From an uncultured Gemmatimonadota bacterium (GTDB lineage Bacteria > JAAXHH01), in assembly GCA_951812955.1 (NCBI GenBank), contig OX638340.1:576001-640000 (forward strand): 64,000 nt of DNA, read 5' to 3'. The first letter of the stretch is position 1; every line of letters starts with the position of its first letter. The translations under genes and the position numbers were made by a program. Positions 20,001 to 28,451 of this stretch are shown in pieces. The notes beneath the pieces are model-generated. The model saw only the letters and a list, made by a program, of their open reading frames with translations. It was not told where the DNA came from and did not search any database.

Positions 20001-20163
20001 ACACCCCGAAATAGGGGGTGGCGACGAACACGATCGGTATGGTGATTGAAGGAGTGGATTCGCGCGGCAGCGAAAGGTAGGACATGAAACCGAGGAAGAT
20101 GACGGCCCCGGTCATGACGAAGATGCTGATTTTGTTTTTTATGGCGAGGTCAGAAACTCTCAA
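17008..20163 (-). CDS. RND-family (AcrB/HAE1-like) efflux pump inner-membrane permease
   Basis: 1051 aa with 12-TM RND architecture, two large periplasmic loops and a Gly/Glu-rich C-terminal tail. Confidence 0.9.
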   Translation of the reverse strand: MRVSDLAIKNKISIFVMTGAVIFLGFMSYLSLPRESTPSITIPIVFVATPYFGVSPADIENLVTQPLEKHLEELANVKEISSTSSEGISTVVIEFETDVDINNALQKVREEVDLARSEIPDDAEESTIREINFDDIPILVINVAGTHSLVTLKDIAEDLEQRIEQIAGVLDVTVAGGLEREVQVNVDPDRMVYYGLELEDIIETIRQENLNMPGGSIKTGTLRYAVRVPGEFTTPEEIGALVIKTFNRQPIAIGDVAEVRFGFKEVSTYARLDGLPCVSLNVQKRSGENLIQIADAVKELLDEERERLPKTINLAVLADQSKDIRSMISDLENNIISGLILVVCVLFMFMGVRNALFVAIAIPLSMLISFIVLDILGYTLNMVVLFSLILALGMLVDNAIVIVENIYRHREEGTPLVRAAREGVGEVAVPVCTSTLTTLCAFAPMLFWPGIIGDFMSYLPATLIITLSASLFVGLIINPTVCSVLLSVTRKREDQRWLMVLRRRYSRFLMWALAHRAVVMLVTCASLFGMIVLYAAIGKGVEFFPETEPNQAYIDVNSAIGTKLDVSNDIVRQAEDYIRDVPDMKQYVASVGASPNPQDFSAAGGGTPHKSRIIVDFFERQDRTQSSFLTVEMIRQRMERLIGADVEIITPQAGPPTAAPVNIEFVGEDFSVLGRLADEAMLMIENIPGLVDLKDDYDSGKPELTVEIDREQAALLELNTAKIARAVRTAINGTEASKYRVGEEEYDIIVRFAEPERSTFADLERIHIIHDDELVSLSSLAQTRVTGGVGSIKRKDQERVLTIAGDVEGRLANDVLEDVQTTLADLSLPEGYSLRYTGENVEQDEATDFLSKAFLIALILITLVLVTQFNSVTMPLIIMMSVVLSLIGVLFGLIVTATPFGIIMTGIGVISLAGVVVNNAIVLIDYIRKLRNRGLRKREAIVQGGVTRLRPVLLTAITTILGLIPLTTGLSFNFWTLTLEIGGESSQWWGPMGVAVIFGLAIATVLTLIVVPVMYDFISGWAERGGGGGGEAEEERGPDTGTAVEQPVAAV

Positions 20164-20208
20164 AGAATGACACTCCAGTGGATGCCGGTGGTGAATGCCG
20201 CCATCGCT

Positions 20209-21276
20209 TTACATTCTATCGTCTCTGACCTGAATGGACTCGCCGTTCACCAGGTTACGGTGGCCGACGACAATCAGGGTGTCACCGGCGGCCAGTCCAT
20301 CCGTTACAAGCACCTGGTCTCCCGAAATCGACCCCAGCGAAATCGGGACGGAACGTGCGACGCTTCCGTCCGCGACGAACACAATCCGGCCCTGATCGGT
20401 ATCGATCACCGCGTCCTGTGGAATGACGATCGCTTCCGGGATATAATCTTTGACGACGCGAATCGTTACGGCCATTTCAGGTTTCAGCAGGTGATCGGGG
20501 TTATCGAGCGTGATCTCAACCGGTACGGTGCGGCTGTCCGGATCCAGGGTCGTTCCGACGTAGGTTACGTCCGCCTCCACGCTGACGTCCGGATAGGCCG
20601 GAAACGCCAGTGCGGCGCGCGTGCCCACCGAGACGTGCTTCAGGTGGCGTTCAGGGACACCGGCCACGACTTTGACCCGGTCGATATCGACCACCTCCAC
20701 GAACTCCCGCCCTGGCGTGGCCAATTCACCCACCTCCATCATACGGCTGTCCACCACGCCGGAGATCGGCGACCGGATCACCGTTTTTCCCAGGTATGTC
20801 AGTGCCTGCTGGTGCCGCGCCCGGTCCATGTCGTTCCTGTACTGGGTGTCCAGGTACACGGATTCCGCAAGCGCCTTTTGTTCAAACAGTCTTTTCTGAT
20901 TGCGCAGGGCCAGGTCGCTGGCGTTAACCGCCGCTTCGGCTTCGTCCACCGCGGCTCTGAGCAACTCGTCGTCCAACCGCGCCAGTATGGTGTTCCGCGT
21001 AACCGATTCGCCTTTTTCAATCTCGATTTCCGTAATCAATCCGGTCGCTTCGATACTCACCACGACGCGCCGGGCCGGCTTGATCTCGCCCACGAGCCGG
21101 AGGTGATTGATGAATTCCCGAGGCTGGACGACCCGGGTCACCACATTCACGGCCCGCGTCTCCTTCACGGCGCCCGTATCGTTGGCGGCGCTGCCACTTT
21201 CACTGCAGCCCGCGGCCATCAGTACGCCTGCCAGGCATGCGGCCGAACCGAACCATTGCCAAACGCGGGTGATCAT
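20209..21276 (-). CDS. RND efflux periplasmic adaptor (membrane fusion protein)
   Basis: Lipoprotein-like N-terminus 'LMAAGCSE'. Coiled-coil hairpin, lipoyl and beta-barrel domains ('VSIEATGLITEIEIEKGESV'). Confidence 0.85.
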   Translation of the reverse strand: MITRVWQWFGSAACLAGVLMAAGCSESGSAANDTGAVKETRAVNVVTRVVQPREFINHLRLVGEIKPARRVVVSIEATGLITEIEIEKGESVTRNTILARLDDELLRAAVDEAEAAVNASDLALRNQKRLFEQKALAESVYLDTQYRNDMDRARHQQALTYLGKTVIRSPISGVVDSRMMEVGELATPGREFVEVVDIDRVKVVAGVPERHLKHVSVGTRAALAFPAYPDVSVEADVTYVGTTLDPDSRTVPVEITLDNPDHLLKPEMAVTIRVVKDYIPEAIVIPQDAVIDTDQGRIVFVADGSVARSVPISLGSISGDQVLVTDGLAAGDTLIVVGHRNLVNGESIQVRDDRM

Positions 21277-21334
21277 CGATGACTGCTCCTCGTGTTCCTG
21301 CCATGTACCGTGTCAGCCCGTCAATACCGACTTG

Positions 21335-21348
21335 TGGGGCCGGCCCCA
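21335..21348. promoter_or_regulatory. perfect 14-bp palindrome TGGGGCCGGCCCCA in the RND-operon/GT9 divergent intergenic region
   Basis: Read directly from the sequence. Lies about 60 bp upstream of the MFP start (21276). Candidate operator. Confidence 0.4.
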
Positions 21349-21481
21349 ATAACGTAATATCAGGTAATCCTGTCAAGTACATCTATACAAGCGGGGAAGG
21401 CCCTTCATTCAATAAAACCGCGGTCCGTGCCGAAGCAGATTCTATCGGCCGGCGGCACGACGGGCCCGGCCTCGAATAGCC

Positions 21482-22699
21482 ATGTGGAAACAGTTCAACA
21501 ACCTAGCCTACCGGATCTTCTTCGCATACCGAAACCGGAAATCGCGCAGCAGGAGCCGGGGATGGGCGGTCCGGGCTCCACTCGCGGCCGAGGCGGGACC
21601 CAGGCCCGTGCTGTATGTGGCGTGGGGCCGCGTCGGGGACGTGGTTCTGAGCACGGGGCATCTGAAATGGTTGCGCCGGTGGTTTCACCCCAGTCCGGTC
21701 TGGTTCCTCGGAAGGTCGAGCGTGAAACCGATCGTCGAACCCCATGTCGACGTCTTCCTGCCGTTCCCGGTACCGTTTGAGCGGAATACCGGCTTCGGCA
21801 ACGTCCCCGCCGCGTCGCTCGGCCGCATGGCGAACCGATCGTTCCAATACCTCATTACGGACATCCACACGTTTTACGGCGGCCTGTTCACTCTGGATGG
21901 CCTGCTGGCCTCCGTGCGGGCGGAACGGAAGTTCGTCTACGAAGGATACCACCTGGGAAAAGACCTGGCTCCGGAGCGGCCTTATCCGGACGATTACGAG
22001 ATCGTGCCGAAGTACGGGGACCGGGATGACCGGGATACGGATTTCGCTGGTGGCCATATGTTGACACACAACGGCCATTACATCCGCCACGTGTTGGACC
22101 GCTGCGGTGTCGAGCCGGATGACGGGGCGCAGTGGCGTCCGGACCTTGGCCATGTCGGAGAGGGGACGGAGGAATGCCGCCGGTTGGGGATCGAACCGGG
22201 TGAATTCGTGGCCTGGCAGCCCACCAGCGCAAACAGGAGGAAAGACTACCCGTTGTCATGCTGGGCGGAGACGATCCGCGCATTTCCGGATCAGCAGTTT
22301 GTCGCGCTGGTCGAGCCGGGCGCCGCCGCCGGTCTGGACCAGGCCGCCTTGCCGGGCGTGCGCGTCGTCGAATCGGGTTTAGCCGTGGCGATGAAGCTGA
22401 TCAGGGAGGCGCGCCTGTTTGTCGGACTGGATTCCGGGCTGAGCCATATCTCGACGGTGCTGGGAACACCGACGGTGTGTGTCTGTCCGGACAGCCATCT
22501 CGGATACTTCTTTCCCTATCCCGACGGCTACGGCTTCACGAACCTGCGCACCGTCGCCCATCCGGACTACCTGTCGTGCCGGGGATGTTTCATGACTTGC
22601 GAACACGAACCCCTCATGTCGACGATCAGCCGGGGCGCGCTTTGCCTGCGCACATTGCCTCCCCGCCAGGTCATCGATGCGATAAAAGCCGCATTATAG
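21482..22699 (+). CDS. glycosyltransferase family 9 (heptosyltransferase-like)
   Basis: 'VLYVAWGRVGDVVLSTGHLKWL' (N-terminal GT9 box) and 'LFVGLDSGLSHISTVLGTPTVCV' (C-terminal GT9 box). Confidence 0.7.
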   Translation: MWKQFNNLAYRIFFAYRNRKSRSRSRGWAVRAPLAAEAGPRPVLYVAWGRVGDVVLSTGHLKWLRRWFHPSPVWFLGRSSVKPIVEPHVDVFLPFPVPFERNTGFGNVPAASLGRMANRSFQYLITDIHTFYGGLFTLDGLLASVRAERKFVYEGYHLGKDLAPERPYPDDYEIVPKYGDRDDRDTDFAGGHMLTHNGHYIRHVLDRCGVEPDDGAQWRPDLGHVGEGTEECRRLGIEPGEFVAWQPTSANRRKDYPLSCWAETIRAFPDQQFVALVEPGAAAGLDQAALPGVRVVESGLAVAMKLIREARLFVGLDSGLSHISTVLGTPTVCVCPDSHLGYFFPYPDGYGFTNLRTVAHPDYLSCRGCFMTCEHEPLMSTISRGALCLRTLPPRQVIDAIKAAL

Positions 22700-22767
22700 T
22701 TCGAATGTCGCCTCCCGCGTCCGCCTTTCCTGTTGTTCGCCTCCCGCGTCCGCCTTACCCGTCCGGC

Positions 22768-24711
22768 TCACGCGTCCGCGTCCGTTCTCAGATCGACCCG
22801 GACCGGGTGGGCCAGCGCGATGAGATCTTCGATATCGAACGAGGCGAGCAGGCCGAAACAGAAGAGCGGCGACAGCGTTTCATACCGTCCCGGTTCATCG
22901 ATCAGCCGTTGAAGGCTTGCAAGTCCCCGGCGCAGCTCGATTTCTTCCACCGCGTGACTGCTCAGGGACGATGCCATGAGCGCGACTACAGAAGAAGCGG
23001 GACCCACGGCCGTCAAGCCGGACAGGGCTGCTGCCTCGTGATCCAAGACCGCCGCGAGCTGCGCGACCTGCAGCCCCAGCATCCTTTCGCCGCCCGATGA
23101 GAGCATCATCGTCCACTGATGCGGCGCCTTGCCCAGTTCACACGCGCCCTGCATGACCACTTCCACCACCATGGCCGCGTTCCCTTCCCGCAGGGCTTCC
23201 GCTACCGGGGCCGACGCGCCCCGGCTTCCGGCGTCCGTCAGGATCAGTCGCTTTTTCGCGTATTCCCGCGTCGATGGAACGGTGGTACGGACAGGAAGCA
23301 CCCAGCCGTCCCGCAAATGGCAATGGCTGTAAGTCGTTTGGCGGCCGTCGCCGGATTCCGATGCCTGCTTGATCATTTCTTCAACCGGGAAGGGCCGGTA
23401 ACGTAGAATGGATCTGAGCCGGTCCCGTCCCGCCTTCTGCCATCGGCGCATCGCGGCCGGTTCCCCTGGTGGCTTTACGCGTTTCAGCCCAAGCGCCTCG
23501 GACCGGGCCAGGGTAACGAAATCGGCGTTTCCAATCGGCGTTCCTACGGTCAGTTCTTCTTCGGAACGCACCTCGTCGGCCGAGGGGATCTCCTCGTCGC
23601 GGCCGCACGCGCCCGGCAGAAAATGCCGGTTCAGGAACCGGTAGAAACTCTCCCTGTGCTCCCGTTCGTAGTTGTGGGTGCCCGGGTCGATGTTGTTGTG
23701 GAATTCAAAGGCATCCTGCCTTCCGTACGACGCGTAAAGCGGCCGGACCGGTTCGTAGACGGATGGTCTGGCCCTGGCGGTCTGGAAGCAGCAGTCGTCA
23801 TATTCGTTATACAGCAGCAGGGCCGGGCGCGGCGCAAGCATGGCCGTGAGTACAGGATAATCGGCCGTGGAGGCGAGATCCGCGGCATTCTGTTCGATGT
23901 CGCCGCGGTCGGCCGGGTGTTTGATCCGGCTGTCCAGGCCGATGTAACCGGCATTGGGCGCGGCGAGACGCACCCGCGTGTCCAGGGCGGCCAGGATAAT
24001 CGTCTGCCATCCGCCGCCGGACAGTCCGGTCACGGCTATACGCTCCGGATCGACATGTTCCTGATTCAGCAGCACGTCCAGCGCTCGGCTCATGGCGAGG
24101 TAGAAAACGGCGATACCGGCAACTCCGCACAGGTCCAGGTAAGCTGCGTTGTTGTGCTGGTAGCCCGGTCCCTGCAACTCGCCGAACCCCAGCCACTCGG
24201 GGTTCAGCGCTACCATGCCCCGCTTGGCCAGGTTGATGCATCGTTCCTGCTTGTAGTCCACCGCTTTGCCCGGGGGACCGACATGCCCGTTCAGGTTCAG
24301 CACCCCCGGCGTTGTATCTCCTAAATCATCCGGTTCATAAAGCAGCGCCGGGATGACGAGACCGGGCTGACCGGGCCAACCGGGCCGACCAGTACTGGCA
24401 GGACTACCGGGCAACGCGTGGTAGGTCAGCTTGCGGATCCGGTATCCTTTGCCGGTCTCGATCACGTCTTTCCACTCGACACGGAGCGCTCCCTCTCGCC
24501 ATTCGTCGGGAACGCCCTTGAAAATAACCTCCTCCAGCATGGTCCGACGCATCTTCGCGGCTTCTGCGTCCCAGGTATTCGCATCTGGAAGCCTGAAACC
24601 GGGAATACGGCCCAGCATATAAGTTCGGAGGGTCTCCATGGCATCGGGTTCACTGCGTGACGGCGATGGCCGCATTACCGCCCTGTCGTCATCCCGATCC
24701 GTTTCATTCAT
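22768..24711 (-). CDS. alpha/beta-hydrolase-fold protein (AXE1/dienelactone-hydrolase-like) with about 300-aa C-terminal extension
   Basis: Nucleophile elbow 'VTGLSGGGW' in the N-terminal ~350-aa hydrolase core. The start ATG overlaps the stop of the transglutaminase gene (ATGAATGA). Confidence 0.55.
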   Translation of the reverse strand: MNETDRDDDRAVMRPSPSRSEPDAMETLRTYMLGRIPGFRLPDANTWDAEAAKMRRTMLEEVIFKGVPDEWREGALRVEWKDVIETGKGYRIRKLTYHALPGSPASTGRPGWPGQPGLVIPALLYEPDDLGDTTPGVLNLNGHVGPPGKAVDYKQERCINLAKRGMVALNPEWLGFGELQGPGYQHNNAAYLDLCGVAGIAVFYLAMSRALDVLLNQEHVDPERIAVTGLSGGGWQTIILAALDTRVRLAAPNAGYIGLDSRIKHPADRGDIEQNAADLASTADYPVLTAMLAPRPALLLYNEYDDCCFQTARARPSVYEPVRPLYASYGRQDAFEFHNNIDPGTHNYEREHRESFYRFLNRHFLPGACGRDEEIPSADEVRSEEELTVGTPIGNADFVTLARSEALGLKRVKPPGEPAAMRRWQKAGRDRLRSILRYRPFPVEEMIKQASESGDGRQTTYSHCHLRDGWVLPVRTTVPSTREYAKKRLILTDAGSRGASAPVAEALREGNAAMVVEVVMQGACELGKAPHQWTMMLSSGGERMLGLQVAQLAAVLDHEAAALSGLTAVGPASSVVALMASSLSSHAVEEIELRRGLASLQRLIDEPGRYETLSPLFCFGLLASFDIEDLIALAHPVRVDLRTDADA

Positions 24712-25621
24712 CGGCGCGTCTCCTCTCGACCGGATTGCGCCGTATCGGGTTATTTTCCGAAAGAGGCCGCATGGTCACAGCTACTTCGATCTCGATCTCA
24801 CCACCGCCCTGCAACACGCCGTGCGTGGGAGAAACGTCCCTGTAATCTCTACCCACGGCCACGCGCACATACCGCTCATCGACCAGGGTTGCATTCGTGG
24901 GATCGAATGCGGTCCAGCCGAGTTCGGGCAACTGGCACTCCACCCAGGCGTGCGTGGTCGTCATTCCATCTCCGCTGACTTCCGCTGCAACGTCATGGAG
25001 ATAGCCGGATACGTACCGGGCGGGTATGCCCCAGGTACGCGCGATGGCGATCATGACGTGGGCGTAATCCTGGCAGACGCCGCGTCCGCTATCCAGTATA
25101 TGTTCAATTGTCGAGGAAAACGTAGTGGTTCCAGGATCATAGTGGAAGCGATCGTACAGCGTGGCCGAAAGCCGCCCCAACGCGTTCAGCGGGTCGTCCG
25201 TGGGCTTGATCCCGTTCTCTCGAACGAAGCGTTCAAGGACTGATGAAGGCCTGGCCAGGGCGCTATGGTCCAGAAAAACCCGATGATGAAACGAGTTGCG
25301 CCAACCCCTGATGGTCGCCCATGCCTCGTCTTCTATACGCTCCGAAGATGATTCGCAAGGAGTCACATCGACCGTGGATCGTGCCGTGATTACCAGTGAC
25401 CGGTGTTCGCGGTACAGGTGAAACTGGTGCCTGGTATTTCCGAAACTGTCCTCGACTTGAAAGAGCGATCCGGTCGGCTCCGTATCGATCCGGAAACCAG
25501 ATACGCGCTGTCTGCGGTCTTCCGTCGGTTTCAAAGCCAGCGACATCGCGCAGTTGCGCACGGGAATGCCGTAGCGGTATTTCGTGACGTGTTCGAGTTC
25601 GTAACGTACGTTTCCGACCAT
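24704..25621 (-). CDS. transglutaminase-like protein (bacterial transglutaminase N-domain plus Cys-protease-like core)
   Basis: N-terminus 'VRYELEHVTKYRYGIPV' matches the Bact_transglu_N domain. Core 'GRGVCQDYAHVMIAIARTWGIPARYVSGY...HAWVECQLPELGWTAFDPTN' carries the Cys-His-Asp triad. Confidence 0.85.
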   Translation of the reverse strand: MVGNVRYELEHVTKYRYGIPVRNCAMSLALKPTEDRRQRVSGFRIDTEPTGSLFQVEDSFGNTRHQFHLYREHRSLVITARSTVDVTPCESSSERIEDEAWATIRGWRNSFHHRVFLDHSALARPSSVLERFVRENGIKPTDDPLNALGRLSATLYDRFHYDPGTTTFSSTIEHILDSGRGVCQDYAHVMIAIARTWGIPARYVSGYLHDVAAEVSGDGMTTTHAWVECQLPELGWTAFDPTNATLVDERYVRVAVGRDYRDVSPTHGVLQGGGEIEIEVAVTMRPLSENNPIRRNPVERRRADE

Positions 25622-25625
25622 GGCG

Positions 25626-26594
25626 TCAGTGAGCCGGTAGAATCTCCAGCGGGTAGTCTATGTATGCGTCTATGACAAGGTGATGGAGTTTTTTGCTGTC
25701 GGCATGTACCCGGTCGAGTACCGGTTGCCATACCGCTACGTCGTTCCGGCGTGCCGTTACGCATTTGCACAGCGTGTCGCCCAGTCCAAGCGCTTCCCGG
25801 CTCGAATTCGGCGCCGGACCGTGGCCTATGGCGCGCAAAACTTCGGCGGCCGAATCGACGGAACGGCGGATCGAAGCAGGAAGCAGGCCATCTGTTACGA
25901 GCAGATCCAGCACCTGGCCGGGCTGGACCACCACGCTGTAGGTATGCACGTAGGCGTCGAATGCGTGAAACGCGTGCAGCAGGTTCGCCCAGTCCGCGTC
26001 GAAGGATTCGTCCTGCCGGCCGTGATCGGCGATCTGCGCGAGCATGACCGCGGCGGAGAGCTGCACCCTTTCGATATATCTACCCAGCTGAATGAAATGC
26101 CAGCCTTCGTCGCGGTACATGGTGGCGTCGGTCACGCCGGCAAACGTGTTGATTTCCACTGAAGTGCCGGCGTAAAACGACTCGGGGGTCGTCTTCCAGA
26201 TTTCCTGGATGTTCAGCTTCTGCAGGTGCAGATAGGCCGTGTTTAATGAAAGCCACATCTCCGCGCTGATGTAGTTGCGGACCTGCCTGGCGTTTTCCCT
26301 TGCGTACACGAAACAATTCCAGATGGAATCCGGATTCGTGGGCTCGAAGGTAAGATGGTCGGCAAGGGTGTACGAATCAGCGAGTGTGTAGTCATCACTG
26401 CGGAAGGCTTCAAGTGTGCCCGCGGGCGGCGCCTGGTTCATGCTGCGGTAAACCCGGTTCCAGCCGAAGTGGATTTCCCTCAGCGGACGATCCACGAGCG
26501 TTTCCACCTGCAGTTGCATCAAACGACACAGGTGCGCCGCACGTTCCAGGTATCTCCCCATCCAATAAAGACCTTGAGCGCTTCTGGACAGCAT
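25626..26594 (-). CDS. alpha-E domain protein (DUF403)
   Basis: 'MLSRSAQGLYWMGRYLERAAH' is the hallmark N-terminus of the alpha-E family. All-helical composition. Confidence 0.8.
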   Translation of the reverse strand: MLSRSAQGLYWMGRYLERAAHLCRLMQLQVETLVDRPLREIHFGWNRVYRSMNQAPPAGTLEAFRSDDYTLADSYTLADHLTFEPTNPDSIWNCFVYARENARQVRNYISAEMWLSLNTAYLHLQKLNIQEIWKTTPESFYAGTSVEINTFAGVTDATMYRDEGWHFIQLGRYIERVQLSAAVMLAQIADHGRQDESFDADWANLLHAFHAFDAYVHTYSVVVQPGQVLDLLVTDGLLPASIRRSVDSAAEVLRAIGHGPAPNSSREALGLGDTLCKCVTARRNDVAVWQPVLDRVHADSKKLHHLVIDAYIDYPLEILPAH

Positions 26595-28028
26595 TTAATC
26601 TCCCAGGACCCAGATGTCTTTGCCTCCCCCGCCCTGGCTGGAGTTCACGACGAGACTTCCCTCACGCAGCGCCACACGGCAGAATGCCCCCGGGACGATG
26701 CGCGTCTCGCGTCCGTGCAGGACAAAAGGGCGCAGGTCCACGTGTCGCGCCGCGGCGCGGCCCTCGATCATGCAGGGAGCGCGTGAAAGGTCGAGCACGG
26801 GTTGCGCAATGAAATCGGCCGGATTTTCCAGGATCTCGCGGATGTAGGCATCCCGCACCGCAGAGGTCGATCGGGGACCGACCAGCATGCCATAGCCCCC
26901 GGACTCGCCCACCCTTTTAACGATGAGATCCTCCAGATTGTCCAGCGTGTATTCCAGGTCTTCCTCCCTCCGGCAGATGTAGGTTTTTACGTTCATAAGC
27001 AGCGGTTCTTCGCCCAGATAGTAACGTATCATGTCCGGAACGTAGGCGTACACGCTCTTGTCGTCTGCAACCCCCGTGCCCGGTGCATTCGCCAGGGTAA
27101 CGTTTCCGGCCCGATAGACTCCCATCAGCCCGGGAAGTCCCAGCAGAGAGTCCGGACGGAAAACCAAAGGGTCAAGGAAGTCGTCGTCCACCCGCCGGTA
27201 TATGACGTCCACCTTGCGCAGGCCCGACGTGGTGCGCATGTACACGTAACCCCCGTTGACAAGCAGGTCCCGGCCTTCTACCAGGGTCGCACCGATCTCT
27301 TCGGCCAGGTAAATATGTTCGTAGAACGCCGAATTGTATACGCCAGGCGTCAGCAAAACCACGCACGGATCGGGATCTTCCCGGGGTGCGAGTTCCTTCA
27401 GGATTTCACGAAGCAGGCGGCCGTAGTGCTCGACCTCCTGTACCCGGCAACTGCGATAAAGCCTTCGAAGATTGGCCTTCACCGCCTTCCGGTTGGCGAC
27501 CATGTAGGACACGCCGGAGGGCACACGGAGGTTGTCCTCGAGGACGTGGAACCCCTCGTTCGTGCGCACCAGATCCGTTCCACAGACGGCGACATACGTG
27601 CCGTGGGGGACGTTTATGCCCCGCATTTCCACGCGATACTGGGGACAACCGTGCACCATGTCGACGGGAATGACCCCGTCCTCGACGATACGGGCTGATC
27701 CGTAGATGTCGGCCAGGAAAAGGTTCAGGGCTTTCAGGCGCTGGGTAAGTCCGGCTTCGAGTTGCCGCCATTCCCCGGCTGTGATAAGACGGGGTAGACA
27801 GTCGACCGGCATAATTCGTTCATTGGCCTCATCGCCGCCGTAGACTGTAAACGTGATGCCTTCGCTGGAAAAGGAATGGGTGACCCTTTCCTGCATGCGA
27901 ACGAGTTCTTCAACAGGAAGCCTGAGCAGGGAATCGTAGAGCGTACGGCAGTGATCACGGGGGTTGCCGTCGGGCTGGAACATCTCGTCGTAGAAAGCGC
28001 TGTCGATTTCGTAATCTTCAAAGTCCAT
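26595..28028 (-). CDS. circularly permuted type-2 ATP-grasp protein
   Basis: 477 aa with the N-terminus and architecture typical of cpATP-grasp-2 (DUF404/DUF407) proteins. Its stop abuts the alpha-E start (26595/26594). Confidence 0.8.
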   Translation of the reverse strand: MDFEDYEIDSAFYDEMFQPDGNPRDHCRTLYDSLLRLPVEELVRMQERVTHSFSSEGITFTVYGGDEANERIMPVDCLPRLITAGEWRQLEAGLTQRLKALNLFLADIYGSARIVEDGVIPVDMVHGCPQYRVEMRGINVPHGTYVAVCGTDLVRTNEGFHVLEDNLRVPSGVSYMVANRKAVKANLRRLYRSCRVQEVEHYGRLLREILKELAPREDPDPCVVLLTPGVYNSAFYEHIYLAEEIGATLVEGRDLLVNGGYVYMRTTSGLRKVDVIYRRVDDDFLDPLVFRPDSLLGLPGLMGVYRAGNVTLANAPGTGVADDKSVYAYVPDMIRYYLGEEPLLMNVKTYICRREEDLEYTLDNLEDLIVKRVGESGGYGMLVGPRSTSAVRDAYIREILENPADFIAQPVLDLSRAPCMIEGRAAARHVDLRPFVLHGRETRIVPGAFCRVALREGSLVVNSSQGGGGKDIWVLGD

Positions 28029-28257
28029 AACGAGGGTCTCCTATCTTTGGACCAGCGAGATCCTTGTCCTGGAACGGCAGGATATTTCGGGCTCAAAGGC
28101 GCCCTTCATACCTTGCTCATGCATTTATCACATCTTTCTCATGCTTTCTACTGCATAAGCATGTTATATGTGGTCATGCAATAGATCAAGCGAAGTTCTG
28201 AATCATCGCGATGCCGGCCAGACACGCAGAATTGATCCTGCACATTTGGAGAATTTC

Positions 28258-28298
28258 CAAACATTTTCAATACTGAAGTAAATTGAAACATTTTCATT
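28258..28298. promoter_or_regulatory. direct repeat 'AAACATTTTCA' (x2, 27 bp apart) in a 420-bp AT-richer divergent region
   Basis: 'ccaaacattttcaatactgaagtaaattgaaacattttcattg', between the cpATP-grasp operon start (28028) and the permease::SPFH start (28452). Confidence 0.4.
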
Positions 28299-28451
28299 GC
28301 GCTTTCCCTGTGCAGGGGTATTTTGCGTTTTAGTTCGAGTTAGCCAGCCGGTTTTCGTCACAGAATAGACAATTCAACAACCTCAAATTGCTACGCTTTA
28401 ATGTAATATGTTGATAACCGCGGGTTTATCCATCGTGCGGGAGGCGGACGA

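Noticed and set aside
20167-21282. 371-aa plus-strand ORF opposite the membrane-fusion-protein gene
   Set aside because: Shadow ORF. The membrane fusion protein on the minus strand has a clear lipoprotein signal and adaptor domains.
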